NCBI GenBank assembly: GCA_963778655.1
Contig: CAVZVA010000009.1
Span: 864,001-928,000, forward strand
Source of the DNA: an uncultured delta proteobacterium
GTDB lineage: Bacteria > Myxococcota_A > Polyangia > Polyangiales > JAFGIB01
DNA: 64,000 bases
Reading direction: 5' to 3'
Shown: positions 9,888 through 19,565 of the stretch, one piece after another
Layout: each line of letters starts with the position of its first letter
Numbering within the stretch: position 1 is the stretch's first letter
Notes under the pieces: model-generated
The model's input: the letters and a program-made list of their open reading frames with translations, nothing else
What the model was told of the DNA's origin: nothing
Database searches by the model: none
Program-made: the position numbers and the translations under genes

Positions 9888-11063
9888 TCACGGCGCGCGT
9901 AGCAGCGTGACCTTGAGGTAGTCGCCTTCGGGGAAGGCCAGCAGCCTGGGGTGGTCGGCAGGGGCGCTCCAGCGTTCCAGTACCTGCACCACGCGGCGCA
10001 CGCGCCGGGCGCCCTCGCGCAACGTGGATTCGAAGTCCTCGCGGGAAATATGGCTCGAGCAGGAGGCCGCCAGGTAGTAGCCGCCGGGGCTGACGCGAGC
10101 CAGCGCAGCGGCATGCAGCGTGGCGTATGCGGCCAGGGCGCCGTCGCGCGCCGCGGCGGTCGGTGCGAAGCTGGGCGGGTCCGCGATGATCAGCTCGAAG
10201 CGCTGGTCCTCGCGCTGCAGCTGCGAAAGCAGCTCGGGCACGTCGCTCGCCAGGATTCGATGCCGATCGGGCGCGAGCGCGTTGCGCGTCCAGCTGCGCT
10301 CGGCGTGGCGCAACGCGGCCGGCGCGCTGTCGACGGTGGTCACCTGCGCGGCGCCGCCGAGTCCCGCGGCCACCGAGAACCCGCCGGTGTAGCCGTACAG
10401 ATTGAGCACCCGCAGCTCGCGTGCGAGCTCACGCACCCGCCGCCGCGATTCGCGGTGATCCAGGAACAGGCCGGTCTTCTGCCCGTGCCACAGACTGGCG
10501 CACAACCACATGCCGTGCTCCTCGACTGCAATCTCGGGCTCTGGCGGCGGACCCCAGGCGAGCTCCACCTCGCGCTGCTTGCGCGAGCCGCGCGTGAGCA
10601 GGCTGTGCACGCCGAGCGCTGCCAGCGGCTCCTGCAGCCACTCGCACAGGCGCGGCCGCCAGCTAGCGGCCGCCTCGCCGTCGAGCTTGAGCACGGCGGT
10701 GTCGGCGTAGCGATCGCACACCACGCCGGGCAGGCGATCGCCTTCGCCGTGCAGCAGGCGGTAGGCGCTGGTGGATGCGCCCACGACCTGCCGCCGCAGC
10801 GCGAACGCCGACTGCACGCGCCGTGCGAAGAGGGCCGCGTCGAGCGGCTCGTCGCGCGTAGTGAACACGCGCACGGCGATCGGTCCGGCTTCGGCCAGTC
10901 CGCGCGCGAGGAAGCGATCCGATTTGTCGCGCACGGTGACGACGCTGCCCGGCTCCGCCTCGAAGGGCAGCAGGGCCTCGCGATACAGCCACGGGTGCCC
11001 GGCGCGCACGCTGCGCTCCAGGGGCTTGCGCAGTCGAACGCCGACCTCGGAGCGACGCGCCAT
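9888..11063 (-). CDS. RlmI-like class I SAM-dependent rRNA methyltransferase
   Basis: GHPWLY PUA-like start, GEGDRLPG, GQKTGLFLDHR, YTGGFS, DPPSFA, SCS, YLK. Confidence 0.9.
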   Translation of the reverse strand: MARRSEVGVRLRKPLERSVRAGHPWLYREALLPFEAEPGSVVTVRDKSDRFLARGLAEAGPIAVRVFTTRDEPLDAALFARRVQSAFALRRQVVGASTSAYRLLHGEGDRLPGVVCDRYADTAVLKLDGEAAASWRPRLCEWLQEPLAALGVHSLLTRGSRKQREVELAWGPPPEPEIAVEEHGMWLCASLWHGQKTGLFLDHRESRRRVRELARELRVLNLYGYTGGFSVAAGLGGAAQVTTVDSAPAALRHAERSWTRNALAPDRHRILASDVPELLSQLQREDQRFELIIADPPSFAPTAAARDGALAAYATLHAAALARVSPGGYYLAASCSSHISREDFESTLREGARRVRRVVQVLERWSAPADHPRLLAFPEGDYLKVTLLRAP

Positions 11064-11249
11064 CGACGGCAGGGGTAGCCGGAGCCGAGCACGTCGGCAA
11101 GCCCATCGGGCCGAGCGCCGGTGGCGCTGCGGTCCGTGCCGGTCCGTGCTACTCAAGCCACAGGAGCCCCGTGCAACGCGTCGCGGATTGTGGCGCGACT
11201 CGCAGCGCCCCGCGCCGGCTCCTCGCTTCACGGTACAGGTGGACCGTCC

Positions 11250-12257
11250 ATGCCGGTGCTCAGCCTCTCCAGCGTCCTGATCTTCGGCGCGGTGGTGGTC
11301 TTCTTCCTTTGGCTCGATCTGCGGACGCATCGCCGCGATCCGGCCGTGCGCACCGGCAGCGCCCTGCGCTGGTCGCTGTTGTGGATGGCGCTGGCGCTGG
11401 CCTTCGCCGGCTACCTGGGCTGGCGCCACGGCAGCAAGCAGGCGTGGCTGTTCCTGACCGGATACGTGCTCGAGCAATCGCTCTCGGTCGACAACCTCTT
11501 TGTGTTCATCGCGATCTTCACCAGCTTCGCGCTGCGCGACGCCATTCAGCACCGCGTGCTGCACTACGGCGTGCTGGGCGCGGTGGTGCTGCGCTTTGCG
11601 TTCATCGGCCTCGGTACCTCCTTGCTGCTGGCCGGCCGGATGAGCGAGGGCTTGCAGACGGCAGTCTTTGCCGGGTTCGGCGCGGTCGTGCTGTGGTCGG
11701 CCTACCAGATGTACAGGTCATTCGGCAGCGGAGGCGCCGAGCGCGAGGACTACACCGACCACTGGTCGGTTCGCCTGACCCGCCGTCTGTTTCCCATCCA
11801 TCCGCAGCTGGAAGGCCACAGCTTCTTCGTCCGGCGCGAGGGCCGCTGGTACGCCACGCCGTTGTTCTTGTGCCTGGTCACGGTGGAGGCGTCGGACTTG
11901 GCCTTCGCCTTCGATTCGGTGCCGGCGGTGATCGCGGTCACGCGCGACCCGTTTCTGGTTTACACCTCGAACGTCTTCGCGATCCTCGGGCTGCGTTCGC
12001 TGTACTTCCTGCTGGCGGCGGCGCGCGGCTACCTGTGTCACCTGGAGAAGGCGGTGGTGGCGATTCTGGCCTTCATCGGCTGCAAGCTGATGATCGAGGC
12101 GTTCCACGCGCAGATCGGGCACGTATTCGGCCGGCCGTTGCAGATCTCGGCCGGAGCGAGCTTGCTGGTCGTGCTCGGAGCGCTCGCGCTCGGCGTGATC
12201 GGGTCGCTGCTGTTTCCGGAACGCCGCGCCGACGACGAAGCCTCGCAAGAGCGCTGA
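11250..12257 (+). CDS. TerC/Alx family metal-homeostasis membrane protein
   Basis: EQSLSVDNLFVF, QHRVLHYG, DLAFAFDSVPA, SNVFAILGLRSLYF. Confidence 0.92.
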   Translation: MPVLSLSSVLIFGAVVVFFLWLDLRTHRRDPAVRTGSALRWSLLWMALALAFAGYLGWRHGSKQAWLFLTGYVLEQSLSVDNLFVFIAIFTSFALRDAIQHRVLHYGVLGAVVLRFAFIGLGTSLLLAGRMSEGLQTAVFAGFGAVVLWSAYQMYRSFGSGGAEREDYTDHWSVRLTRRLFPIHPQLEGHSFFVRREGRWYATPLFLCLVTVEASDLAFAFDSVPAVIAVTRDPFLVYTSNVFAILGLRSLYFLLAAARGYLCHLEKAVVAILAFIGCKLMIEAFHAQIGHVFGRPLQISAGASLLVVLGALALGVIGSLLFPERRADDEASQER

Positions 12258-12273
12258 GCGTGCACGAAGAATG

Positions 12274-12310
12274 AAAACGGCCCGCACCGCTTGCGCAGCG
12301 GCGCGGGCCG
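12274..12310 (-). terminator. Probable intrinsic terminator of the 12334..13275 gene
   Basis: Stem CGGCCCGCACCGCT / AGCGGCGCGGGCCG (one G-U pair on the minus transcript), 5-nt loop, then TTTT on the minus strand; lies between convergent genes. Confidence 0.7.
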
Positions 12311-12333
12311 GTGGCGGGCAGCGCAGGCGCTGC

Positions 12334-13275
12334 CTACTTCGGGTACATCGTCGTGGTCGACTCCTTGACGATCGTGGTCTTGGGCGTCCCCTGCACGCCG
12401 GCTTCCTTCCAGGCCTTCTTGGTCTCCTTGGAGCCCAGGTAGGTCTTGAGCTTGGTCAGATCCTCGCCCTGCAGGTAGAGGTAACCCTCGGTGGGCTTGT
12501 CCGGGCTCTGCCCCAGGCCGTAGCCGAGAATGCCGGCATTGGCGCGCGCTTGGTCCTCGCCCTCGATGGCGGTCTTGAATGCGGCGAAGTCCTTCACCTT
12601 CGTCTGGATGATCGCGCCGAACAAACCGGTCTTGTCCGGCGGCGCCATCTTGCCGCCCTCGGTGTGGAAGACATACACGGTCGGCTTACCCTTGACGCCC
12701 GCGGCCTTCATCTTGTCCTTGAGGTCCTTGCTCTCCAAGAAGGCCTTGAGCTTGGCCTGGTCCGAAGCGGGCATGTAGATCGCGACCAGCTTGTCGTTGT
12801 CCGCGCCGCGCATCACACCTTCGCCGACCACGCCGGCCTCCTTGCGTGCCGGCTGATCCTCGTCGAAGACCTTCTTCCAGGCGTCGAAGTCCTTGACCTG
12901 GTGGATGACCAGCGCCGCGAGCTGTGGCATCTGAGGCGCCGGCGCAGCCGCGACGTTCGCCGCGGGCGTGGCCGGAGCGGCGGTTGCGGCGGGCGCCGCA
13001 GCGGCCGGGGTCGCGGCGGGCGCAGTCGCGGCCTGTGGCGCACCCGCGGCCGGTGCTACAGGTGTCGCGGTGGCGGCGGGAGCGGTTGCCGGCGCGCCCG
13101 CGGCCGGGGCAGCTGCGGGGGCAGTGGCGGCCGCGGGTGCCGGTGCGGCCGCAGCTGCCGGCATCTCCGCGCCTTCGGTGGCTGCGGCGGCGGGCGGTTG
13201 CTCCTCCTCGGCACCTGTGTCGGCGCAGCCGATCAGCAAGAGCGTCGCGGCCAGCAATCGAGGTATCAGTCGCAT
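12334..13275 (-). CDS. Lipoprotein with Ala/Pro linker and two tandem small alpha/beta (DUF3764/ABM-like) domains
   Basis: MRLIPRLLAATLLLIGC lipobox after a GGAGGA SD; duplicated domain HQVKDFDAWKKVF...KMKAAGV and TKVKDFAAFKTAI...AWKEAGV. Confidence 0.8.
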   Translation of the reverse strand: MRLIPRLLAATLLLIGCADTGAEEEQPPAAAATEGAEMPAAAAAPAPAAATAPAAAPAAGAPATAPAATATPVAPAAGAPQAATAPAATPAAAAPAATAAPATPAANVAAAPAPQMPQLAALVIHQVKDFDAWKKVFDEDQPARKEAGVVGEGVMRGADNDKLVAIYMPASDQAKLKAFLESKDLKDKMKAAGVKGKPTVYVFHTEGGKMAPPDKTGLFGAIIQTKVKDFAAFKTAIEGEDQARANAGILGYGLGQSPDKPTEGYLYLQGEDLTKLKTYLGSKETKKAWKEAGVQGTPKTTIVKESTTTMYPK

Positions 13276-13509
13276 GAGCAGGTCCTCCTGAGTTTGTGCC
13301 GGGTGCCGAGCGCGAAATCGCGCGCGGCCCCGGCGCGGTAGTTGAACGGCGCAGTTGGCGCTGCCGGCGGCCGCCCACGCGCCCGCTGACGGGCCCGCTG
13401 ACTGCACGCAGTCATCCCTCCGAGAGCCGTCCAGAGGGAAAGTTCTAGGCGAGCCCGGGGTAGGGCCGCAAAGCCCCATCGTTGGGGGGCGGCGCCGCCG
13501 CACGTGGCC

Positions 13510-15552
13510 TCAAGCGTTATCCTGCTTGGGCTGCGTCGAGCGCCAGAAGCCCTCCACGTCACCCACCCGATCGGGCAGGTTGAGCAGCTCCGAGCTGAGA
13601 CCGAGCAGCACCACGCCTACCCCGTGCTCGCGACCCAGCCGCGTGCGCAGCCCGGCCACGGAGGTGAATAGCTCGCCGCCCGAAGTCAGCAGGACGATCA
13701 CGCGGTCGGCCATGCGCGCGGCGCGCCGCAGGGCAGGCCCCTCGGTCGCACCCAGCCAGGCGTGCGTGCCCTCGGCGGCGTATGGGCCGAGGGCGACGCC
13801 CTGGCGCCCAACGGGAGCCAGGGCTTGCGATCCCATCACCGCGGCGTATGGCGCGGCGGCCGCCTCGGTGTCCACTTCGGGCTCGGTCGTGCGCGCGTTC
13901 GCGGACGGCGGAAAGGGCGAGCCGTCCATGCGCGTGGTCGCGCCCGTCGCTGGCGCGTGGCCGCGCTCCGGCGCCGGCGGCGAGCCCTCCACCCGCGTCG
14001 CCATACCGTCGCGACGGCCCCCGACCAGGTTACCTCCGAGCCAGTACGCGAGCTCCTCCGCCAGCGGTTTCTCGCGACCGCTGGCGCCCAGCACCAAGGT
14101 GTAGCCGCGCGCCGCGGCGCCGTGGTCGCCCAGCTCGTCGACCAGCGAGAAGAACATCTCGCGATTGCGCGGCCACGCCGACGACCCGAGCACCGGTAGG
14201 TTGGCCCAGTAGCCGGCCTCGCGCGCGGTGTACACGCGACCGTCGAGCAGCGGACGTACCAGCAGCGCGAGCAAGGCCACGAGCACGCCGGCGACCGGCA
14301 TTGCGATCGCGACCAGGCGGCGCTTGCTTTGTTCCGGCCACTCCGGATCCACGGCCGGCGTCAGCACGTGCCATTCCACGGGCGGCGCGCGCGCCGCGTC
14401 GTGCGCTTCGGAGAGCTGCGCTTGCAAGTCCGTTATGCGCTTCTGCAACAGGTCGATGTCGGCTTCGAACGAGCGAGCCTTGCCTTGCAGGGCGGTAAGG
14501 CTGGCCACCCGTTGATCGGCGGTCTGTGCGAATTCCTGGTAGCTCGTCAGGCGTTTGGAAGCCGTCTCCTGGTCGACCCGAGCGGACGAGAGCGAGGCCT
14601 GAAGGCTCTGGTATTCTGGGTTCGCACCCGTCGTGACGGCCGAGACCACGCTGCTGTTCTTGCCCGCGTGGGCTTGGAGCGAAGCGATTTGAGCCTCGAG
14701 CGAGGCGATCCGTGGGTGTCCCGGCGCGTAGCGCGCGCGTGCGGTCGTCAGCTCGGTGCGCAGCTCCGCGAGCTTCTGGGCGTCCGGGTTCACGCTACTC
14801 GCGCTCTGCACGGTGGTACGCCGCTGCTTCCGAGTTTCGTCGCCGAGACCTGCCGCGCGGGCCCCCAGTGCCGACACGTCGGCGCGTGCGAGCTGCAGTT
14901 GCTCGTTCATGTGTGCGGCGTTGTCGATCGCCAGCTTCAGCTCGTGCTCGATGTCGGTCACTCCATTTGCCGATCGAAAAGCGTCGAAGGCGTCGTGCTT
15001 CTTGGTCAGCTGCGCTTGCGCCGCGGACAAGTCGTTTTCGAGCGCCTTGGCGACCTCGTTGGCGTGCGCGCTCGCGAGATCGTGCTGCTCGTCGAGAAAT
15101 ACTTGGATCACGGTGTTGGTCAGCACCGTGGCGTCGTGCGCCGTCGGCCCGCTGGCATTGACGGTGACCAGGTTGCTCCGCGTGTCGAACCACACGTCGA
15201 TCTGCTTGTCGAGCACCTTGATCGGGATCTTCAGCCCGAGGCGCTCCTTCACCTTGCGCAGCGCGCCCGGGAGCTTGAGGCTGCCGGCCTGGGTCGCGAG
15301 CTGCCGTTCGTTGGATCGCTCTTGCGACGCCGGCTGCCACATCAGCACAGACTCCGACTTGTAGGCGTGCTTGATGAACAGCAGGGCGACTGCGACCCCG
15401 AGCACCGCCCATGTCACGCCGGCGATCGGCAGCCAGCGCCAGTCGCGTTTGACTGAAAACCAGAGCCTACCGGGGTCGACCGGCGAGCCAGAACGCCCTT
15501 GCTCGCTGCGTGGCTCGGTCAGGTCGTCGAGGTCGTCTGTCCTGCTCGGCAT
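13510..15552 (-). CDS. Wzc/GumC-like polysaccharide copolymerase with degenerate C-terminal BY-kinase domain
   Basis: N-terminal TM, long coiled coil with the RYAPGHPRI motif, second TM, LPVLG and remnant kinase-like C-terminus. Confidence 0.85.
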   Translation of the reverse strand: MPSRTDDLDDLTEPRSEQGRSGSPVDPGRLWFSVKRDWRWLPIAGVTWAVLGVAVALLFIKHAYKSESVLMWQPASQERSNERQLATQAGSLKLPGALRKVKERLGLKIPIKVLDKQIDVWFDTRSNLVTVNASGPTAHDATVLTNTVIQVFLDEQHDLASAHANEVAKALENDLSAAQAQLTKKHDAFDAFRSANGVTDIEHELKLAIDNAAHMNEQLQLARADVSALGARAAGLGDETRKQRRTTVQSASSVNPDAQKLAELRTELTTARARYAPGHPRIASLEAQIASLQAHAGKNSSVVSAVTTGANPEYQSLQASLSSARVDQETASKRLTSYQEFAQTADQRVASLTALQGKARSFEADIDLLQKRITDLQAQLSEAHDAARAPPVEWHVLTPAVDPEWPEQSKRRLVAIAMPVAGVLVALLALLVRPLLDGRVYTAREAGYWANLPVLGSSAWPRNREMFFSLVDELGDHGAAARGYTLVLGASGREKPLAEELAYWLGGNLVGGRRDGMATRVEGSPPAPERGHAPATGATTRMDGSPFPPSANARTTEPEVDTEAAAAPYAAVMGSQALAPVGRQGVALGPYAAEGTHAWLGATEGPALRRAARMADRVIVLLTSGGELFTSVAGLRTRLGREHGVGVVLLGLSSELLNLPDRVGDVEGFWRSTQPKQDNA

Positions 15553-15769
15553 GGCTCACTCAGCCTCAAACCGCTGTCCAAGCCCTCGGACCGCCCCTGC
15601 GAGGACGGCGCTGCCTGCGGGGCGGAGCGTAGCATGTACATAAGATCGTGTCCCCATAACGTACCCGGATCGCCGTCCCCGGCTGGCGGTCGGAGCGTAC
15701 CGACAATCACCGTAGCAAGGATTGGCAGCGTTCTCGACAAGCGCCCCAGTCGGGTGCTCCCGGCGAGCC

Positions 15770-16099
15770 TCAATGCGCGGGCGCCGGCCCCTTGTAGTCG
15801 ACGGAGACGAACGCATTGTTGCCGAAGCCCAGCGCGCGCAGCAACCTGGGGTCGAAGTCGGCGACGTCCGAGAGCGTCCGCTTATGCACCCAGGTGTGGC
15901 CGTTCTGCCGCATCCCGAAACGCGCTTGCGTCGAGCCCAGCGCCTGAGACCGCGCCGCCGGTCGCGCCATCCGTCTTCGGGGGGCGTGCTCGCTGCCGCC
16001 AGCCGCGCTGCAGCCAGCAAGAGCAAGGCCCACGACGCACGCCCAATGTGCGTGCAGCGGCCCGCTACCGAGCCCGCGCGGAGTCGGCCATGCCGTCAT
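15770..16099 (-). CDS. Possible small lipoprotein
   Basis: VVGLALAGC lipobox-like segment, co-oriented between the DUF1552 gene and wzc; no family recognised. Confidence 0.35.
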   Translation of the reverse strand: MTAWPTPRGLGSGPLHAHWACVVGLALAGCSAAGGSEHAPRRRMARPAARSQALGSTQARFGMRQNGHTWVHKRTLSDVADFDPRLLRALGFGNNAFVSVDYKGPAPAH

Positions 16100-16165
16100 G
16101 GATCCGAGCTCACCACTTCGGGATCACGTCGTGAGGGGCGCGGCCTTCGCACCGAGATCGCCAAT

Positions 16166-17578
16166 TCAGCTCAACCGCGGCAAAGGACCCGTCAGGTCGA
16201 TCGTTTGGTTCTTGCCATCGCGCGTGACCACGCTGGTGAGCCCGATCTCAGAGTCCGGCAGTCCCATCGCTTGCATCAGGGACACCAATAGGTGCGAGTG
16301 CCCCAGACCGATTGGACGCTGAGCCGAGGCGCCCCAGTCCGGATGCTCGTGGGGGTTCGGCAGGTTCTGGGCGTAGCTCAGGTAGCGCCCCGTGCGGAAG
16401 GCGCCCCCGCAGGCGCCGGCGATGACCACGGGAATCTTGTCGAGGTCGTGAGGACCGTTGGCCAGCTCGCTCACCCAGACCACGGCCGTGTTATCCAGGA
16501 CCGTGCCGCTACCCTCGGCGTACCGGCGCAGGGCATCGACCATGTAGGCGAAGACCTCGGCCTCCTTGGCGTTGTAGTTGGACATCTGCAGGGCTGCGTT
16601 TGGGTCGGTGAACTCTTGGTGGGCAAAGTCCTGGTGCACGTCGCCCGCCGGTGCTCCGAATTCGTCGTTGTCGAGCTGCGTGATTTGCAGCGTGGCTACC
16701 CGGGTCAAATCACAGGCGAAGGCCGCGGCGATCATGTCCGCGAATACCTTGCCCGTCGCGATCTGATCGCCCTCGACCGGGGCGCTAGGGGCTGTGCAGC
16801 TCAAGGACGCGAGCCCAGCGACCCTCTGCTCGAGGTCCCGAACGAGATCGCGGTGCATCCGCAGTCGGGCGCGATCGTCCGCCCCGAGCTTGGGCAGAAC
16901 CGCATCGTATTCCGCGCCCACGAAATCGAGCACGCTGCCCCGGGCCCCCCGGATCAGATCGCGCTCGCTCGGTTGCGCGCTGGGCACGCTGCCGGAGGGG
17001 AACAGCCGCTGGAAGACAGCGTTGGCATCGGTTTGCACGGGTGCGCGTTGACTCGCCCCGAGGTTCACCATGCCTCCGAGCCATGGCTTCCGGGTGGCCA
17101 GCTCCAATGAGGGGATGCGTCCCGAAGCCGCCACCGCCTTGGCGATCACTTGATCGACCGATGGGCCGCCTGCATTGGTGTCATCGATCATGAGCGCGCC
17201 AGTGAGCATATGCAGATGCCCGGCGTTATGATTGTTGATGGCCTTGTCGCCGAGCGTCGAAGCTTGCGCCAGGCCCTCGATCACTAGCAGGTCAGCGCGC
17301 CGCGGATGCAGCACGCGGAGGATATCGCTGAAGGACGCTGGGTCTGAATCGTCGAAGGCGTATTCCCAGTCGCCATAGTCGGTCTGGTTTCGCAGCATGC
17401 GCCAGCTGGGCAGCACCGTGCCATGCTGAGTGGTCATGATGACGAGGCGCTTGATTGGCTCCGGCGGCGCTGCCCCAACGCGCCGCGGCAGCAGCGATTC
17501 GAGGAACAGGCCACCGGCACCCAGGCCGGTCGCCAGCAACAACTGGCGGCGATTGAGGTGGAGCTTGGGCGTCGGCAT
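16166..17578 (-). CDS. DUF1552 domain protein (Tat-like signal)
   Basis: LNRRQLL twin-Arg leader, SVDQVIA, FACDLTRVAT, VLDNTAVVWVSE, FRTGRY. Confidence 0.9.
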   Translation of the reverse strand: MPTPKLHLNRRQLLLATGLGAGGLFLESLLPRRVGAAPPEPIKRLVIMTTQHGTVLPSWRMLRNQTDYGDWEYAFDDSDPASFSDILRVLHPRRADLLVIEGLAQASTLGDKAINNHNAGHLHMLTGALMIDDTNAGGPSVDQVIAKAVAASGRIPSLELATRKPWLGGMVNLGASQRAPVQTDANAVFQRLFPSGSVPSAQPSERDLIRGARGSVLDFVGAEYDAVLPKLGADDRARLRMHRDLVRDLEQRVAGLASLSCTAPSAPVEGDQIATGKVFADMIAAAFACDLTRVATLQITQLDNDEFGAPAGDVHQDFAHQEFTDPNAALQMSNYNAKEAEVFAYMVDALRRYAEGSGTVLDNTAVVWVSELANGPHDLDKIPVVIAGACGGAFRTGRYLSYAQNLPNPHEHPDWGASAQRPIGLGHSHLLVSLMQAMGLPDSEIGLTSVVTRDGKNQTIDLTGPLPRLS

Positions 17579-17587
17579 ATGCGTTCC

Positions 17588-19336
17588 TCAGAGAGCCGTA
17601 GCCGGCCGGTGCATGAATTCGTACGAGGTTGCGAGGCTCACCAAGAGCTCCCGGATATCGCCGCCATGGGCCTGTACGGCCGCGTAGGCGGAATCGAGCT
17701 TGCACCAGTCCTCGATCGCGTCGTCGCGCGCAAACGCATATCGATACCAGTTGCGCACCATACAGTAGTTGACCTGATCGCTGCCGGCGAGCCTCTGGGA
17801 TAGCTCGAGCGCGCCGTCATAGGATCCGTCGGCATCCGTGCCCATCACGCTGCCCTTGGCATCCACGGGAAGGCCGTTGTCGGTGGTGCGATAACGTCCG
17901 ATCGAGTCGTAGTGCTCGAATCCGTAGCCCAAGCCGTTGATCGTCTGGTGGCACGCCTGGCAGGTGGCCGGAGCCGTCCGTTCCTCGAACAACTGACGGT
18001 TGGTTTTCGGCATGGATGGATCGCCGGTCGGGGTCGATGTGTCGGCGTTCGGTGGCGGCGGCGGCGGGCGGTTACACAGGAGCTCGTCGAGCACGGACAC
18101 GCCGCGCAGCGGCGGCGAGCCATTGGTGGTATGTGCGCGGCTGGCCAAGAAATCGGCGCGCGTGAGCAGGCCGGAGCGCTGATCGCCGGGCAGTGACGCC
18201 ATTTGCCAGTCGGTGCCGGAGATCGGTACCCCGTAGAGGTCGGCGAGTGGCTTGTTCGCAAACGTGGTGGTCGACGTGAGCAGCTCCGCCAGCGTGCCGC
18301 CGCCATCGGAGAAGACGTAACCCACAAACCGGTCGACCTCCTCGCGCATCGATTGTCGCAGCGTGTCGTTCCAGTCGGGAAACAACATCGGGTCCTTGTT
18401 CTGGCTATTGACTCGATCGAAGTCCAGCCATTGCCGATGGAAGTCGACGATGCCGGCGACTCCGCGCGGGTCCTCGATCATCCGGCGGGCCTGGGCCTCG
18501 ACCTGCTGCGCGGTGTGCAACTCGCCTCTCTGGGCGGCCGCGAAGAGCTGATCGTCGGGCATGCTTTGCCAGAGAAAGTACGAGAGCCGGCTAGCCATCT
18601 CGTAATCGTCCAGGGCAACCCCCGCGCCGTCCGTCGGCATGTCGCCACTCAGCTCGAGCCGATACAGAAACTGAGGCGCCTGCAGCAGGGCCTGCAGGGT
18701 CAGCTCGAGCGCGCCGTTCCAGCTGATGGCGATCATCTGCTGTGCGAAGAAACCCTCGTAGCGAGCCTGCTCTTCGGCGGTGAGAGGACGGCGAAAGGCG
18801 CGCATGCCGAATGTCTTGATGAAATCGGTGGCGCATCCCATGTCGTTGCCTTGTGGGGTGCAGGGCAGGATCGCGCTCGGCTCCGCGGCCGCGACTTGAG
18901 CGATGGCCGCGGCCGCGTCGGCGTATTGCTCGATGAGGACCGTCGACGGGTTCAACTGGGTGGCGTTGTTCTCGAATCCGTGGACCGGCAGGTCCGTGAT
19001 CAGGTCCAGCGGCGGGACCGTCACGCCGGGCAGCAGGTCAGCCAAGGTTCGGGTGTACTCGACGTGACTCAAGCGGCGAACGAGCGTGGGTCTGACGGAT
19101 GCGAGCTTGCACTCTGCGCTGCGGTCGATGCCGGGAACCGAGGGGCCGGCGGGCGGCACCGGTTGGCCGGGATCGTTGGAGCTCCCGCCGGTGGCGTTCT
19201 GGCCGGCAGCGCCCCCGGCTTTCGGCGCATGGGCGCTGTTCCGACTGCTGGTGGCGGTGAATCCGGCCGAGATGCGCCCGCTGCACGCGCCCGAACCGAG
19301 CAGCGACGCGAGCAGCACGACACGCCCGAGGGCCAC
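17588..19336 (-). CDS. DUF1592/DUF1588/DUF1595/DUF1587/DUF1585 (PSD) domain protein
   Basis: RRLSHVEYTRTLADL, RAFRRPL, ASRLSYFLW, RSGLLT, CQACH heme-like motif, FEHYDSIG; partner of DUF1552. Start uncertain. Confidence 0.9.
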   Translation of the reverse strand: MALGRVVLLASLLGSGACSGRISAGFTATSSRNSAHAPKAGGAAGQNATGGSSNDPGQPVPPAGPSVPGIDRSAECKLASVRPTLVRRLSHVEYTRTLADLLPGVTVPPLDLITDLPVHGFENNATQLNPSTVLIEQYADAAAAIAQVAAAEPSAILPCTPQGNDMGCATDFIKTFGMRAFRRPLTAEEQARYEGFFAQQMIAISWNGALELTLQALLQAPQFLYRLELSGDMPTDGAGVALDDYEMASRLSYFLWQSMPDDQLFAAAQRGELHTAQQVEAQARRMIEDPRGVAGIVDFHRQWLDFDRVNSQNKDPMLFPDWNDTLRQSMREEVDRFVGYVFSDGGGTLAELLTSTTTFANKPLADLYGVPISGTDWQMASLPGDQRSGLLTRADFLASRAHTTNGSPPLRGVSVLDELLCNRPPPPPPNADTSTPTGDPSMPKTNRQLFEERTAPATCQACHQTINGLGYGFEHYDSIGRYRTTDNGLPVDAKGSVMGTDADGSYDGALELSQRLAGSDQVNYCMVRNWYRYAFARDDAIEDWCKLDSAYAAVQAHGGDIRELLVSLATSYEFMHRPATAL

Positions 19337-19565
19337 CGAATGAGTGTGCCAAGCCGCGGTAGCCCGGTAATCCCCAAATCTTGCGGAATACGCGCGCTCG
19401 TAGCCGAAATTGCCCGCGCGGGCGTGCCCGCGCAGCGCCTGGGTCGGCCGCAAGCAGCCACGCGCCGGCGCCCCCTTTCACGGCGTGTTGCGACCGGTCA
19501 AGGAGTCGCAGGAGTCGCGTGCGGTCTTGGCGTGCCGCAGCCGTTCATGCGAGAAGGATGCGGCC

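Noticed and set aside
13434..13500. Resemblance to a c-di-GMP-I (GEMM) riboswitch: GGAAAG...TAGGGCCGCAAAGCC
   Set aside because: It is on the + strand while both flanking genes are on the - strand, and it lacks a proper GNRA-capped P2 and a tetraloop receptor in P3. An Infernal search with the c-di-GMP-I model would settle it.
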